From Candidatus Hydrogenedentota bacterium (lineage in GTDB: Bacteria > Hydrogenedentota > Hydrogenedentia > Hydrogenedentales > SLHB01), in the NCBI GenBank assembly GCA_963674865.2, contig CAXXYE010000003.1, positions 357,207-421,206 on the forward strand: DNA of 64,000 bases, read 5' to 3'. This document shows positions 10,997 to 19,979 of this stretch, in pieces; within the stretch, counting starts at the first letter, position 1, and each line of letters opens with the position of its first letter. A program made the position numbers and the translations under genes. The notes under the pieces are model-generated. The model was not told where the DNA came from. It saw nothing but the letters and a program-made list of their open reading frames with translations, and ran no database searches.

Positions 10997-12589
10997 TTAG
11001 GTAAGGGGGGCCTTCTCCTGCGTCCAGATGGAGAGGTTCGTCAAATCTCGCTTCTTCGCCGGGAGCAGAGAGGCGAACAGGAATCCGACCACGAACATGA
11101 CGATGTGCCCGATAATGCCCGTGTAGTAACTGTCGACGGGCAATTTCGCGGCTTCGGGGAGCAGGTTGTAGCGCACCAGCGTCATGTAGAGCGACCAGAC
11201 GATCGTGGCGACGATGGCGATGCCCACGGCGCGGGCGTCGCCGCGCGTGGTGAGGAAGCCGAGAAGGTACAATCCCAACAGCCCTCCCGCCAGAATGGAA
11301 CTGAGGGCGGTGCCCGTGTCGCCGATCGTCTTGTTATCCGAATAGGCCAGTACGACGGCGCCCAGAATCATGATAACGGACGCCGCGATGGCGATGATGC
11401 GGGCGACTAACAGGTAATGCGTATCTTCGCGCTCCTTGACGAGGTGGCGCCGGTAGAGGTCCACGATGCTTACCGTCGAAATCGCGTTCAAGCTCGAGTC
11501 CAGCGACGACATCGCCGCCGCCAGAACGGCCGCCAAGACAAGGCCCGAGATGCCGGCCGGCAAGTAGTGCATTACGAAGTACGGCAGGATCTGCTCCGCT
11601 TTCTGCGCGCCCGTCAGCATGGCCTCCGTGTCAGGAGTACTGAAATTGCCGTTCTGGAAGAAGACGTACAGGCTGGTTCCCAGGAAGCGGAAGAACGTCC
11701 AGATGAGCATGCTCGAAATGCAGCAAACCAACATGGCCTTACGGGCTTCCCGCGCGCTGGCCGATGCCGCGTACCGCTGCACGACATTCTGATTGCACGC
11801 ATATTCGGCCATGTAATGCGTCAGCCCAACGAACAACATCATCACGATGGTTTTCTCTCCCAATATCGCGTGAAGCGACTCGGGAAACCAGGTGGCCGGA
11901 CGCAAGGTGCCGTCCGCCATCAACTCGGAGAACCCAAACTTCCCATGGGCACTGGCCACGGAGAAGATCTCGCCGAATCCACCGGGAAGCAGCGTGACGA
12001 CCTTGAATAGGCATATCACGCCGCCCACGGCTAGGACGATGGTTTGCACGACGTCCGTCCACACCACGGCCTCGATACCCCCGGCCACCGTGTAGAACGA
12101 CACAAAGACGCCGCTCGCGGTGACGCACACCCACAGCGGGAAATTCGTCAACTCGTGCATCACCAGGGACAGCAGATAAAGAACCATGCTGAGGCGGAAC
12201 AACTGGGACAACAAGAATGCGCACGCCCCGTAAAGCCGGGTGGATGGGCCAAAACGCCCCTCCAGATACTCAAAAGCCGAGGTGATCCGGTTGCGGCGGA
12301 AGAAGGGCAGGAAGACATACGCGCCGGCGAGAACCGCCAGCGGGAAGACGGCGCCGATCAGATAGCGCAGCCAGGCCGTCTTGTAGGCGTCACCCGGAAT
12401 GCCCAGAAACGAAATCGAGCTGATGGATGTGCCCACCAGGGAGAGCCCGATGGCCCATCCCGGGAATGAGCGGTTGCCCAGGAAGTACTCCTCGGTGCTC
12501 TTATTCCTCTTTGCGAAATAGATGCCGGCGTACGTGACGCCCGCAAAGTACAACGTCATAACGATCACGTCCAAAATGGGAATCTTCAT
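10997..12589 (-). CDS. Sodium:solute symporter (SSS family)
   Basis: EEYFLGNRSFP, SAFEYLEGRFG, AVVWTDVVQ, VVQRY, AAAMSSLDSSLNA; many hydrophobic helices. Confidence 0.92.
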   Translation of the reverse strand: MKIPILDVIVMTLYFAGVTYAGIYFAKRNKSTEEYFLGNRSFPGWAIGLSLVGTSISSISFLGIPGDAYKTAWLRYLIGAVFPLAVLAGAYVFLPFFRRNRITSAFEYLEGRFGPSTRLYGACAFLLSQLFRLSMVLYLLSLVMHELTNFPLWVCVTASGVFVSFYTVAGGIEAVVWTDVVQTIVLAVGGVICLFKVVTLLPGGFGEIFSVASAHGKFGFSELMADGTLRPATWFPESLHAILGEKTIVMMLFVGLTHYMAEYACNQNVVQRYAASASAREARKAMLVCCISSMLIWTFFRFLGTSLYVFFQNGNFSTPDTEAMLTGAQKAEQILPYFVMHYLPAGISGLVLAAVLAAAMSSLDSSLNAISTVSIVDLYRRHLVKEREDTHYLLVARIIAIAASVIMILGAVVLAYSDNKTIGDTGTALSSILAGGLLGLYLLGFLTTRGDARAVGIAIVATIVWSLYMTLVRYNLLPEAAKLPVDSYYTGIIGHIVMFVVGFLFASLLPAKKRDLTNLSIWTQEKAPLT

Positions 12590-12848
12590 GTCCTCTCCCC
12601 ACCTTATTGCCAGGTTGCGCGTAGGCTAAAACCTAGCATTAGGAGTGCGAGGCATTCAAGAGTCGGCGTAATCCGCAATCGCCCCTGGATAACTCAGTGG
12701 TGCCGCGCACACGGCACTTGGATGTGACGCCGTCTTCCGAAAGCGATTTACTGGATGGGTGAGGCCGGCCTTCTCGACAGTGTCTTTGTTTCCAATGACT
12801 TGACGCGCGGCACAACCGGCAATCCGGCCACCGGGCGGAATCCGTCCG

Positions 12849-14123
12849 TCACGGAATCGAGGAAGGGGTGGGGCCCTGCGGGGGGATCTCGCCCGCGCGC
12901 TCGAGGGCCAGCTTGGTGAGGATCGGGCCGATGATCTCGAACACAATGCACGTTGCCGTGATCGTGGTGAGGACGGAAGCCCCGATGGCGATGGGATGCT
13001 CAAGCCCATACGCAGCGCCGAGTTGGCCGAATTCATGATTCACGATCAGCGAAAGCCCAATCGCCACGCCCGCTTGCGACAGGATCCCCCAGCCGATGTA
13101 CTTCGTCACCTTGCGCTCCATGCGCCCCAAGATCCCGCCAAGGCTCGCGCCGCCCATCAGCCCCGCCGAGCGGGCCAAGACGTAGATTACGCCCACGCCG
13201 CCGAGGGCGGGCAGGGCGCTCAACTTCAGGTGCGCGCCGGCCAGGCAGAAGAACAGCACGAACAACAGCGGCATCACCTCGAGGAGGGGCGCCGTCACGC
13301 GGTGTACCAGCGCTTCCCGGCGCGTATTGACCAGAACAAAGCCAACCACCATGTTCGTGAGAATGAGCGAAAGGTGCCACCGGAGCGAAAGACCCGTTGC
13401 GACGAGGATCGTGCCAAACACGATGATCAGCATATCCCGGGAGTTCTGGAGCTTCCGGGCGAGTTGGCAGAAACCCAGGCCGACCACGCCCCCGACAAGC
13501 AGGCTAAGCGCTATCTCCTTGGCCGGGCCGAGCATGGCAGGGAGAAGCTGCTCCGAGGTCCCCGTGGCCTCGCCCAGGAGGAGACTCTTCGCCAAGGCCG
13601 CCGCGAATCCGAAAATGATGATGGCCAAGCCGTCGTCGAATCCGACAACCGCGTAGAGAGCCTTGGTGAGGCTCCCCTTCGCCCGGTACTCCTGGATCAC
13701 CGCCACCGTGCCCGCCGGCGCGCTGGCCGGCGCCATCGAGCCGAAAACGAGGGCCAGCGGCAGGTCGCGCGTGTAGATATACACCGCGCCCAAGACCGCG
13801 AAGAAAGCCATGAAGGACTCAAAGAAGATGATTGTAATGATGCCGTAACCGAGACTTTTCAGCGATTTCAGGCTCAATTCGGCCCCAATGCTGAAAGCTA
13901 CGAACCCGAGGGCAATCTCCGTGATGAAGCCAAGACGTTCAAGGAGGGGCTCCTCGAACAGGTGCAGCGCCGACGGCCCGAGTATGACCCCCAGTACCAT
14001 ATAGCCGATAAGCGATGGAAGCCGGAGCCGACGCGCGACCCCGCCCGCGTAGAAGCCCACCAGCGTTGCCGCGCCCAGCAGGGTGAGGGCCGACAGTTTC
14101 AGGAATGATAGGTCAAGCGACAT
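12849..14123 (-). CDS. Cation:proton antiporter (CPA2 / Na+,K+/H+ exchanger family)
   Basis: LPSLIGYMVLGVILGP, ALGFVAFSIGAEL, VVGFDDG, SQAGVAIGL, EIIGPIL. Confidence 0.88.
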   Translation of the reverse strand: MSLDLSFLKLSALTLLGAATLVGFYAGGVARRLRLPSLIGYMVLGVILGPSALHLFEEPLLERLGFITEIALGFVAFSIGAELSLKSLKSLGYGIITIIFFESFMAFFAVLGAVYIYTRDLPLALVFGSMAPASAPAGTVAVIQEYRAKGSLTKALYAVVGFDDGLAIIIFGFAAALAKSLLLGEATGTSEQLLPAMLGPAKEIALSLLVGGVVGLGFCQLARKLQNSRDMLIIVFGTILVATGLSLRWHLSLILTNMVVGFVLVNTRREALVHRVTAPLLEVMPLLFVLFFCLAGAHLKLSALPALGGVGVIYVLARSAGLMGGASLGGILGRMERKVTKYIGWGILSQAGVAIGLSLIVNHEFGQLGAAYGLEHPIAIGASVLTTITATCIVFEIIGPILTKLALERAGEIPPQGPTPSSIP

Positions 14124-14141
14124 GTTTTGGTTCTCAGGACG

Positions 14142-14954
14142 TTAGGCGCCGAGCGCCCCGGCCGTGTAGGTCAGGTCTTGTAAGGTAAGCAACACGTCCT
14201 TCCGCTCATCCAACCCGCCCGTCAGATCTTCGATCCGGCGTATTGTCTCGTTTGCCAGTTTCTTGTCCACGAGCGCGACGATAAGCCGGCAGAATTGCTC
14301 GGGCGCGTCGCTCCAAAAAGCGGCGAAAAGGGGCAACTTCGCCAAATAGGCGCCCGAGTTCTCCGCGTCAAGCACGACGATGGAAGTGCCCTCGATGGCG
14401 GCGAGAACCTGCAAGATGTCCTCGAAAAGTCGCTTTTCTTGAATGAAAACGTGAAAAAGCGTCTTCTGGGGGCGTTCTTTGGCGTCGACCTCGTCACGGA
14501 CGTACCGGAGGAAACTGTCATTCAGGGCGTCGGCTGTCCGGCAGCGCAAGAACTCGTCGATGGCGCCCGGAATCTGGAGTACCTGCGAAATGGCCGATAG
14601 CAGCCGGATGTGGTCGTTCGATTCCCGGGCCGGGGCCACAATGAACACGATGACCCGGGCCGCTTGGCCGTCGAGGGACGCGAAGTCCACACCGTCCGGC
14701 ACCGTAATGACCCCCACCACAAACTCCTGAACGGCTTCGAGTCGGCAGTGGGGGATGGCGATGCCCTTGCCGAAGCCCGTCGAGCCCAGAGACTCACGCT
14801 CTGTCAGGGCGCGGAGGATAGCTTCCTCATCGACCTGGGCAAGGGCCGGGCACGCCCGCGCGGTCCGGGCGACAAGCCGCAGGGCCTCCTCCTTATTCGG
14901 GATGGTTGCCCCCGGGTGGAGGCACTCTTTTCTCAAAACGTCTATGAGTTTCAT
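14142..14954 (-). CDS. PTS EIIA (Fru/Ntr-type) domain fused to a C-terminal PII-like domain
   Basis: ERESLGSTGFGKGIAIPHCR (phospho-His), DFASLDG. The extra ~105-aa C-terminal domain has a ferredoxin/PII-like pattern. Start chosen at MKLID; the upstream extension reads through a repeat. Confidence 0.8.
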   Translation of the reverse strand: MKLIDVLRKECLHPGATIPNKEEALRLVARTARACPALAQVDEEAILRALTERESLGSTGFGKGIAIPHCRLEAVQEFVVGVITVPDGVDFASLDGQAARVIVFIVAPARESNDHIRLLSAISQVLQIPGAIDEFLRCRTADALNDSFLRYVRDEVDAKERPQKTLFHVFIQEKRLFEDILQVLAAIEGTSIVVLDAENSGAYLAKLPLFAAFWSDAPEQFCRLIVALVDKKLANETIRRIEDLTGGLDERKDVLLTLQDLTYTAGALGA

Positions 14955-14997
14955 CGAGACGCTCCCAATCTGTGCTGCCTCCCGTGCGGCAGTGTGC

Positions 14998-15124
14998 CTA
15001 GGGGTGCGGCCGGAAAGCCACCGAATAACTGGGCAAGAGAGTCCTTGGCATTGAGACAAAAGGACTTACAAGTGCTTTCTGGCAGCATCCCACCAGGAAC
15101 GGCGTTTTCAGGCCAGAAGTCCAG
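14998..15124 (-). repeat. ~127-bp dispersed repeat, copy A (MITE-like / structured)
   Basis: Aligns without gaps to 21402-21528 and, inverted, to 19768-19880. Contains an 18-bp internal inverted repeat and ends in CTAG. Confidence 0.8.
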
Positions 15125-15129
15125 CGTCT

Positions 15130-15783
15130 TCACGACGCGCTATCGCCGAGCAGAGCGCAGACCGCTTCCGGGCCGCGCGCCGCAAACAGTTTTTCGCGCA
15201 ACCCCTCGTTCTTGACCCGTGCGCCTATCGTGGCCAAGATGCGTAGATAGTGGGCGTGCTGCTCCTCAGCGGCGCCTACCATCACAATGAGCCGCACCGG
15301 CTTACCGTCCAGGGACTCATAGTCGGCGACACCTTCGTCGCTTTTCCCCACGGCCACTACCAGGTCGGACACCGAGGCGAGCCGTACATGCGGAACGGCC
15401 ACACCAAGACCGACACCGGTGCTCATAAGTCCTTCGCGGCGAAAGATTTCCGACCGAAACTCGGCAGGATCGCGGACCTCCGGCATCTCGGCCAAGCGAT
15501 CCACCAAGGCGTTGAGCGCATCGGCCTTATTCGTGCGGCCAAACATGATTACTTGCCTCGGGGCCAGCACGTCGCCCAGTGCCACAGGCGGGATGGTAAG
15601 GGACTCCCGCCTTCCTCCGAGGCGCTCGTCAACCCACTTCTCGATTTCAGCGCGCTTGAAGCGCCAAGAAGTACCGAGCTTTCCGCCGGGAATCTCGCCT
15701 TTTTGAGCCCAATCGTAAACGGTTCGGTCAGATACACGCAGGTACGACGCAACTTCTTCTATAGTGAGAATGTCGTGGTCCAA
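15130..15783 (-). CDS. Excisionase-like HTH (HTH_17) fused to PTS EIIA(Ntr)-like domain
   Basis: ILTIEEVASYLRVSDRTVYDWAQKGEIPGGKLGTSWRF, then REGLMSTGVGLGVAVPHVR and DYESLDG. Confidence 0.88.
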   Translation of the reverse strand: MDHDILTIEEVASYLRVSDRTVYDWAQKGEIPGGKLGTSWRFKRAEIEKWVDERLGGRRESLTIPPVALGDVLAPRQVIMFGRTNKADALNALVDRLAEMPEVRDPAEFRSEIFRREGLMSTGVGLGVAVPHVRLASVSDLVVAVGKSDEGVADYESLDGKPVRLIVMVGAAEEQHAHYLRILATIGARVKNEGLREKLFAARGPEAVCALLGDSAS

Positions 15784-15972
15784 CTGTTGTGATCCGTTTG
15801 TTTATCGATGCGATGTTGCAATGTTAGTCAATCATAGCCGTGTTTTCTTCTATATGCGATATTTTACATGATTTTCAAGATAAATGCAATATGAATAACG
15901 ATTTTCCTTTAGAATTGCGCGATTGGAAGGTGGAGCCAGTGGGCGAGGATTCTCTTTCGCCTTGGCCTTTGG

Positions 15973-17184
15973 CTACTTGCCTTGGCGAATGGCGGAGGTC
16001 TGGCAGAGGATCAGGTAGGTGCCGATCCGCATGGAGCAGAGTGTGAAGATGGCTATCCGAAGGCCAAGCGCGTTTTGGCTGAGCCAGGAATGCAGTCCAA
16101 TGAGGAACAACATCATTAAGATCCGGCCGAGGGCGAGAGGCACTTCGCGCGCGCTCATATACTCGATGCGCTGGGCGGGTTCCTCAGCGGATTTCATGAT
16201 GGTATCCAGGCGGAGGCTGGCGTGGGGGATCCCAAACATCGGGCCGGAGATCGAGCGCAGAAACCCGAACACGATGAGGGTGGTCAGCGTCAGGCGCGTC
16301 GCCACGATGGCGGCCCCCGCAACGAGGAAGACGGTGCCCCAGAGCATGTAGCGTTGGCGGTTCCTAGGCGCGATTGCAAGGCCCATCAAATACGCCGCGA
16401 CGAGGCCGGCGATAGCCTGGAAGGAGGCCAGTCCGCCGACGCTGAGTTCATCTCCCGTTTCGAGGAAGATCAGCAGGCCGAGAAGGAACGCGAAGATGTT
16501 TTCCCGGCCGCCCTGGACGATGGTGGCCAGCATGATGAGCCGCCAATCGCGCTGCTCCTTACCGGGAAACAGTGCCCGCCGCAGGCGGAACGGCCTGGGG
16601 GTGTTGTCTCTCGGCATGGCGAAACTGAGGGCAAAACACATGGCGTACAGGACGATCACCACCCCGAACACGCGGTGGTAGCCGTCCAGACGCTCCGGAG
16701 CCAGCTTGATGACTAGCCCTCCGAGCAGGGGGGCGAATAGCCGGAATGCGCCGCGGGTGGTCTGAAGCAAACCAACGAAATACTCACGCTTTCCCTGCAC
16801 GCTCACGTCAAAGTTGAACGTATTGGACGCAGCGTAGAATACGCCCCAGGTCACGCCGAGGAAGGCGCCGAGAACCACCGCGTAGTCCGGCGAGCGCTCG
16901 CGCAGGGCCAGGAGCAGGCAATAGTAGGCCAAATGCAGTACCAGCCCAAGCCGGTACATGTGCAGGCGATCCCGTGCCTGCGAATACCACCCCGCGAGAA
17001 GGAACACAAAGGGAGTGACGATGTACAGGGCCAGATAATGACGGCACACAAGGCCGAAGTCGTGGCTGTTAACCCACAGATAGACACTGACAAAGACGGC
17101 GGCGAGGGCCTGGCCGCTTCCGTAAATCCCTGTCATCAGAAGTACGACCCACGCTCGGGGATGGAGTTGCCTGCTCTTGTTCAT
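15973..17184 (-). CDS. MFS-type membrane transporter
   Basis: About 12 hydrophobic segments in two halves (FVSVYLW, APLLGGLVI, RIEYMSARE...LGR). Start chosen at MNKSR. Confidence 0.7.
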   Translation of the reverse strand: MNKSRQLHPRAWVVLLMTGIYGSGQALAAVFVSVYLWVNSHDFGLVCRHYLALYIVTPFVFLLAGWYSQARDRLHMYRLGLVLHLAYYCLLLALRERSPDYAVVLGAFLGVTWGVFYAASNTFNFDVSVQGKREYFVGLLQTTRGAFRLFAPLLGGLVIKLAPERLDGYHRVFGVVIVLYAMCFALSFAMPRDNTPRPFRLRRALFPGKEQRDWRLIMLATIVQGGRENIFAFLLGLLIFLETGDELSVGGLASFQAIAGLVAAYLMGLAIAPRNRQRYMLWGTVFLVAGAAIVATRLTLTTLIVFGFLRSISGPMFGIPHASLRLDTIMKSAEEPAQRIEYMSAREVPLALGRILMMLFLIGLHSWLSQNALGLRIAIFTLCSMRIGTYLILCQTSAIRQGK

Positions 17185-17574
17185 GCTTCTTTCATTGTCC
17201 CGTACCGGCCGGCCTCGCGCAACCTTCGCCTCGCTCGTAATCGCCGGCCGGCAGGACGGTGTCTTTGCTTCTGATGACTTGGAGCGCGGCGCAGTCGGCG
17301 ACCCGGCCACCGGGCTCGCGCCGCAAATTGACACGCCTTTCCTCCTTGGGTATCATTCCGCCCATCTGCCCAAACAGGTGATCCGGGCGGATGGATTCAC
17401 TTACCTGCGTGCCTGTTTTGTGTCTACGGGCGTGCGCTTGCGTTAAGAAGTGCGTCGATTTCCCACATCGCCGCGACCCGTTGGGCGTGACACTGCCCAC
17501 AACAAATCATGTTACGGGCGCTTGCCTGGGCCTTGCCGCGGCGCCCCCATGCTGGATAGAGGAGAGAAGGGCCG

Positions 17575-19773
17575 ATGTTTCGTATTGTGAAGAAGGCTGC
17601 TTTGGCGGATCAGATCAAAGAGTTCGAGGTCGAGGCGCCGCTCATCGCCGCGGCCGCCAAGCCGGGCAACTTCGTCCTTGTGCGCGGCGACGAGCGCGGC
17701 GAGCGCATCCCGCTCACTATCGCCGACAGCGACGCCGAACGGGGCACCATCACGCTTGTGGTTCAGGAAATCGGCCAAGGCACACTGAAGATAGGCGCGT
17801 TCGACGAAGGCGACGCGTTTCTGGATGTGGTCGGCCCGCTGGGCAAGGATCGCGAAATCACCGGCCCCGACAAGACGGTGTGCTGCGTGTCGGGCGGCGT
17901 CGGCGTGGCGCCGATGTATCCTCAGACGAAGGCGTATCATCTCGCGGGCAATCGGGTGATCTCCATCACCGGCGCCCGCACGCAATCGCTGCTGTTCTGG
18001 CAGGACAAAATGGCGGCCGTCAGCGATGAGGTCTACTACAGCACCGATGACGGCAGCTTCGGCCATCATGGATTTGCCACCCAGATACTTGAAGGACTCA
18101 TCACCAAGGGGGAGAAGATTGACGAAGTGATCGCCATCGGCCCCGTTCCTCACATGAAAGCGGTGGCGGACTGCTGCAAGGCGCACGGCGTTCCGATAGT
18201 CGTCAGTCTTAATCCCATCATGGTGGACGGCACGGGCATGTGCGGCGGCTGCCGCGTGACGGTGGACGGTGAGACGAAGTACGCCTGCGTGGATGGGCCG
18301 GAATTCGACGGCGCTTTGGTGGACTTCGACGAACTCGTCGCACGCCAGCGGGCGTACAAGGATATCGAGAAGAAGGCCGTCCATGAGGGCGAGGGCCATT
18401 CGTGCAAGCTCGAAGAGGCCGTGTCCGATACGCCGCCGCCCGGCTTCGAGGAAGTGGCGAAGGTGTACACGGAGGAAGAGGCCGTTGCCGAGGCGTCTCG
18501 CTGTTTGGTGTGCAAGCGCCCCGTGTGTGTCGCCGGGTGCCCGGTGGAGATCGACATCCCGGGCTTCATCAGCGCCGTCAAAGAGCGTGATTTTCCCCGC
18601 GCAGCCAAAGTCTTGAAAGACAAGAACAATCTACCGGCCGTCTGCGGCCGCGTGTGCCCGCAGGAGACGCAATGCGAAGCGCGGTGCGTCCTGGGCAAGA
18701 AGGGCGAGCCCGTCTCTATCGGGAAGCTCGAACGCTTCGTGGCGGACTGGGAAGCCGCCAACCTGAAGTCGGAGCCGCCGGTTATCCAACGCAACGGCAA
18801 GAGCGTGGCGGTCATCGGCTCCGGCCCGGGCGGACTTACCTGCGCGGGCGACCTCGCCAAGATGGGCTACAACGTCACCATCTTTGAGGCTTTCCACAAG
18901 ACCGGCGGCGTGCTGCGCTACGGCATCCCCGAATTTCGCCTGCCCAATGGCGTGATTGATCGCGAGGTCGAGTACGTGAAGGGACTCGGCGTCGAGATCG
19001 AGCACAATATGATCATCGGCAAGGTACTCACCGTCGAGAAGTTGCTCGCCAACGGATTCGACGCGGCCTTCATCGCCGTGGGCGCCGGGGCGCCGATGTT
19101 CCTGAACATCCCCGGGGAGAATCTTATCGGCGTGTTCTCGGCCAACGAACTGCTGACGCGCGTGAACCTCATGAATGCCCATCGGGGCGATGAGTACGAT
19201 ACGCCCGTCCTCATTGGCGAGAGCGTGGCCGTGATCGGCGCCGGGAATGTGTCTATGGACGCCGCGCGCGTCTCGCTGCGCCTTGGGGCCAAGCGCGTCG
19301 CCATCGTCTACCGCCGTTCAGAGGCGGAGGTCCCGGCCCGGGCCGAAGAGGTCGAGCACGCTCGTGAAGAGGGCGTCATATTCGAGTTCCTCACCAATCC
19401 CGTCCGAATCCTGGGCGACGAGACAAACCATGTCCGCGGGATGGAGTGCATCAGGATGCGGCTGGGCGAACCGGACGCCTCCGGCCGGCGCCGGCCCATT
19501 CCCATTCCCGACTCGGAATTCACCTTTGAGTGCGACATGGTGATTCCGGCGCTTGGAACGCAGGCCAATCCCGTTCTCACCAAGAACACAGAGGGCCTCG
19601 AACTCTCCAAGTGGGGAAACATCGTCGTGAATCCGGAGACGTGCGAAACGAACTTGCCGGGGATCTACGCCGGCGGGGACATCGTGACGGGCGCGGCGAC
19701 GGTGATTGAGGCGATGGGCGCCGGCAAGATCGCCGCGCGCTCCATCGACAAGTATCTGAAGGACAAGGGCTGA
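17575..19773 (+). CDS. nfnAB: Fused NfnA-NfnB (SudB-SudA-like) electron-bifurcating ferredoxin:NADP+ oxidoreductase
   Basis: N-half: GERIPLTIAD, GPLG, DGTGMCGGCRV...ACVDGPEF (2Fe-2S). C-half: RCLVCKRPVCVAGCP, GRVCPQETQCE, GSGPGGL, GAGNVSMD, GGDIVTGAATVI. Confidence 0.85.
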   Translation: MFRIVKKAALADQIKEFEVEAPLIAAAAKPGNFVLVRGDERGERIPLTIADSDAERGTITLVVQEIGQGTLKIGAFDEGDAFLDVVGPLGKDREITGPDKTVCCVSGGVGVAPMYPQTKAYHLAGNRVISITGARTQSLLFWQDKMAAVSDEVYYSTDDGSFGHHGFATQILEGLITKGEKIDEVIAIGPVPHMKAVADCCKAHGVPIVVSLNPIMVDGTGMCGGCRVTVDGETKYACVDGPEFDGALVDFDELVARQRAYKDIEKKAVHEGEGHSCKLEEAVSDTPPPGFEEVAKVYTEEEAVAEASRCLVCKRPVCVAGCPVEIDIPGFISAVKERDFPRAAKVLKDKNNLPAVCGRVCPQETQCEARCVLGKKGEPVSIGKLERFVADWEAANLKSEPPVIQRNGKSVAVIGSGPGGLTCAGDLAKMGYNVTIFEAFHKTGGVLRYGIPEFRLPNGVIDREVEYVKGLGVEIEHNMIIGKVLTVEKLLANGFDAAFIAVGAGAPMFLNIPGENLIGVFSANELLTRVNLMNAHRGDEYDTPVLIGESVAVIGAGNVSMDAARVSLRLGAKRVAIVYRRSEAEVPARAEEVEHAREEGVIFEFLTNPVRILGDETNHVRGMECIRMRLGEPDASGRRRPIPIPDSEFTFECDMVIPALGTQANPVLTKNTEGLELSKWGNIVVNPETCETNLPGIYAGGDIVTGAATVIEAMGAGKIAARSIDKYLKDKG

Positions 19774-19880
19774 AAGCGGGATCTTTGGCGGGGGGGGCAC
19801 CCGGAGAGCACTCACGTGTTTTTCTTGACGCCAAGAGCCTTCGTGCCCGTTATTCGGCGGCTTTCCGAGTGCACCCTTAG
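19768..19880 (+). repeat. Dispersed repeat, copy C (diverged, opposite orientation)
   Basis: ggctgaaagc...gagagcact...gccaag...gttattcggcggctttccgagtgcacccttag matches the reverse complement of copies A and B. Confidence 0.7.
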
Positions 19881-19909
19881 TCGCGCCGGGGACGGCGCTT
19901 GGAACATGT
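19878..19909 (+). repeat. 32-bp REP-like repeat, identical (inverted) to 41143-41174
   Basis: tagtcgcgccggggacggcgcttggaacatgt is the exact reverse complement of 41143-41174. Confidence 0.85.
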
Positions 19910-19979
19910 TCCCTTCTTCTCCGGCATCCGTTCACATGCCCTGACGCTCTGCGTCACCCGCCCGTTGACGGGGCGCGCG

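Noticed and set aside
15130..15783. Prophage excisionase
   Set aside because: The HTH_17 domain is fused to EIIA and no integrase or phage genes are nearby.
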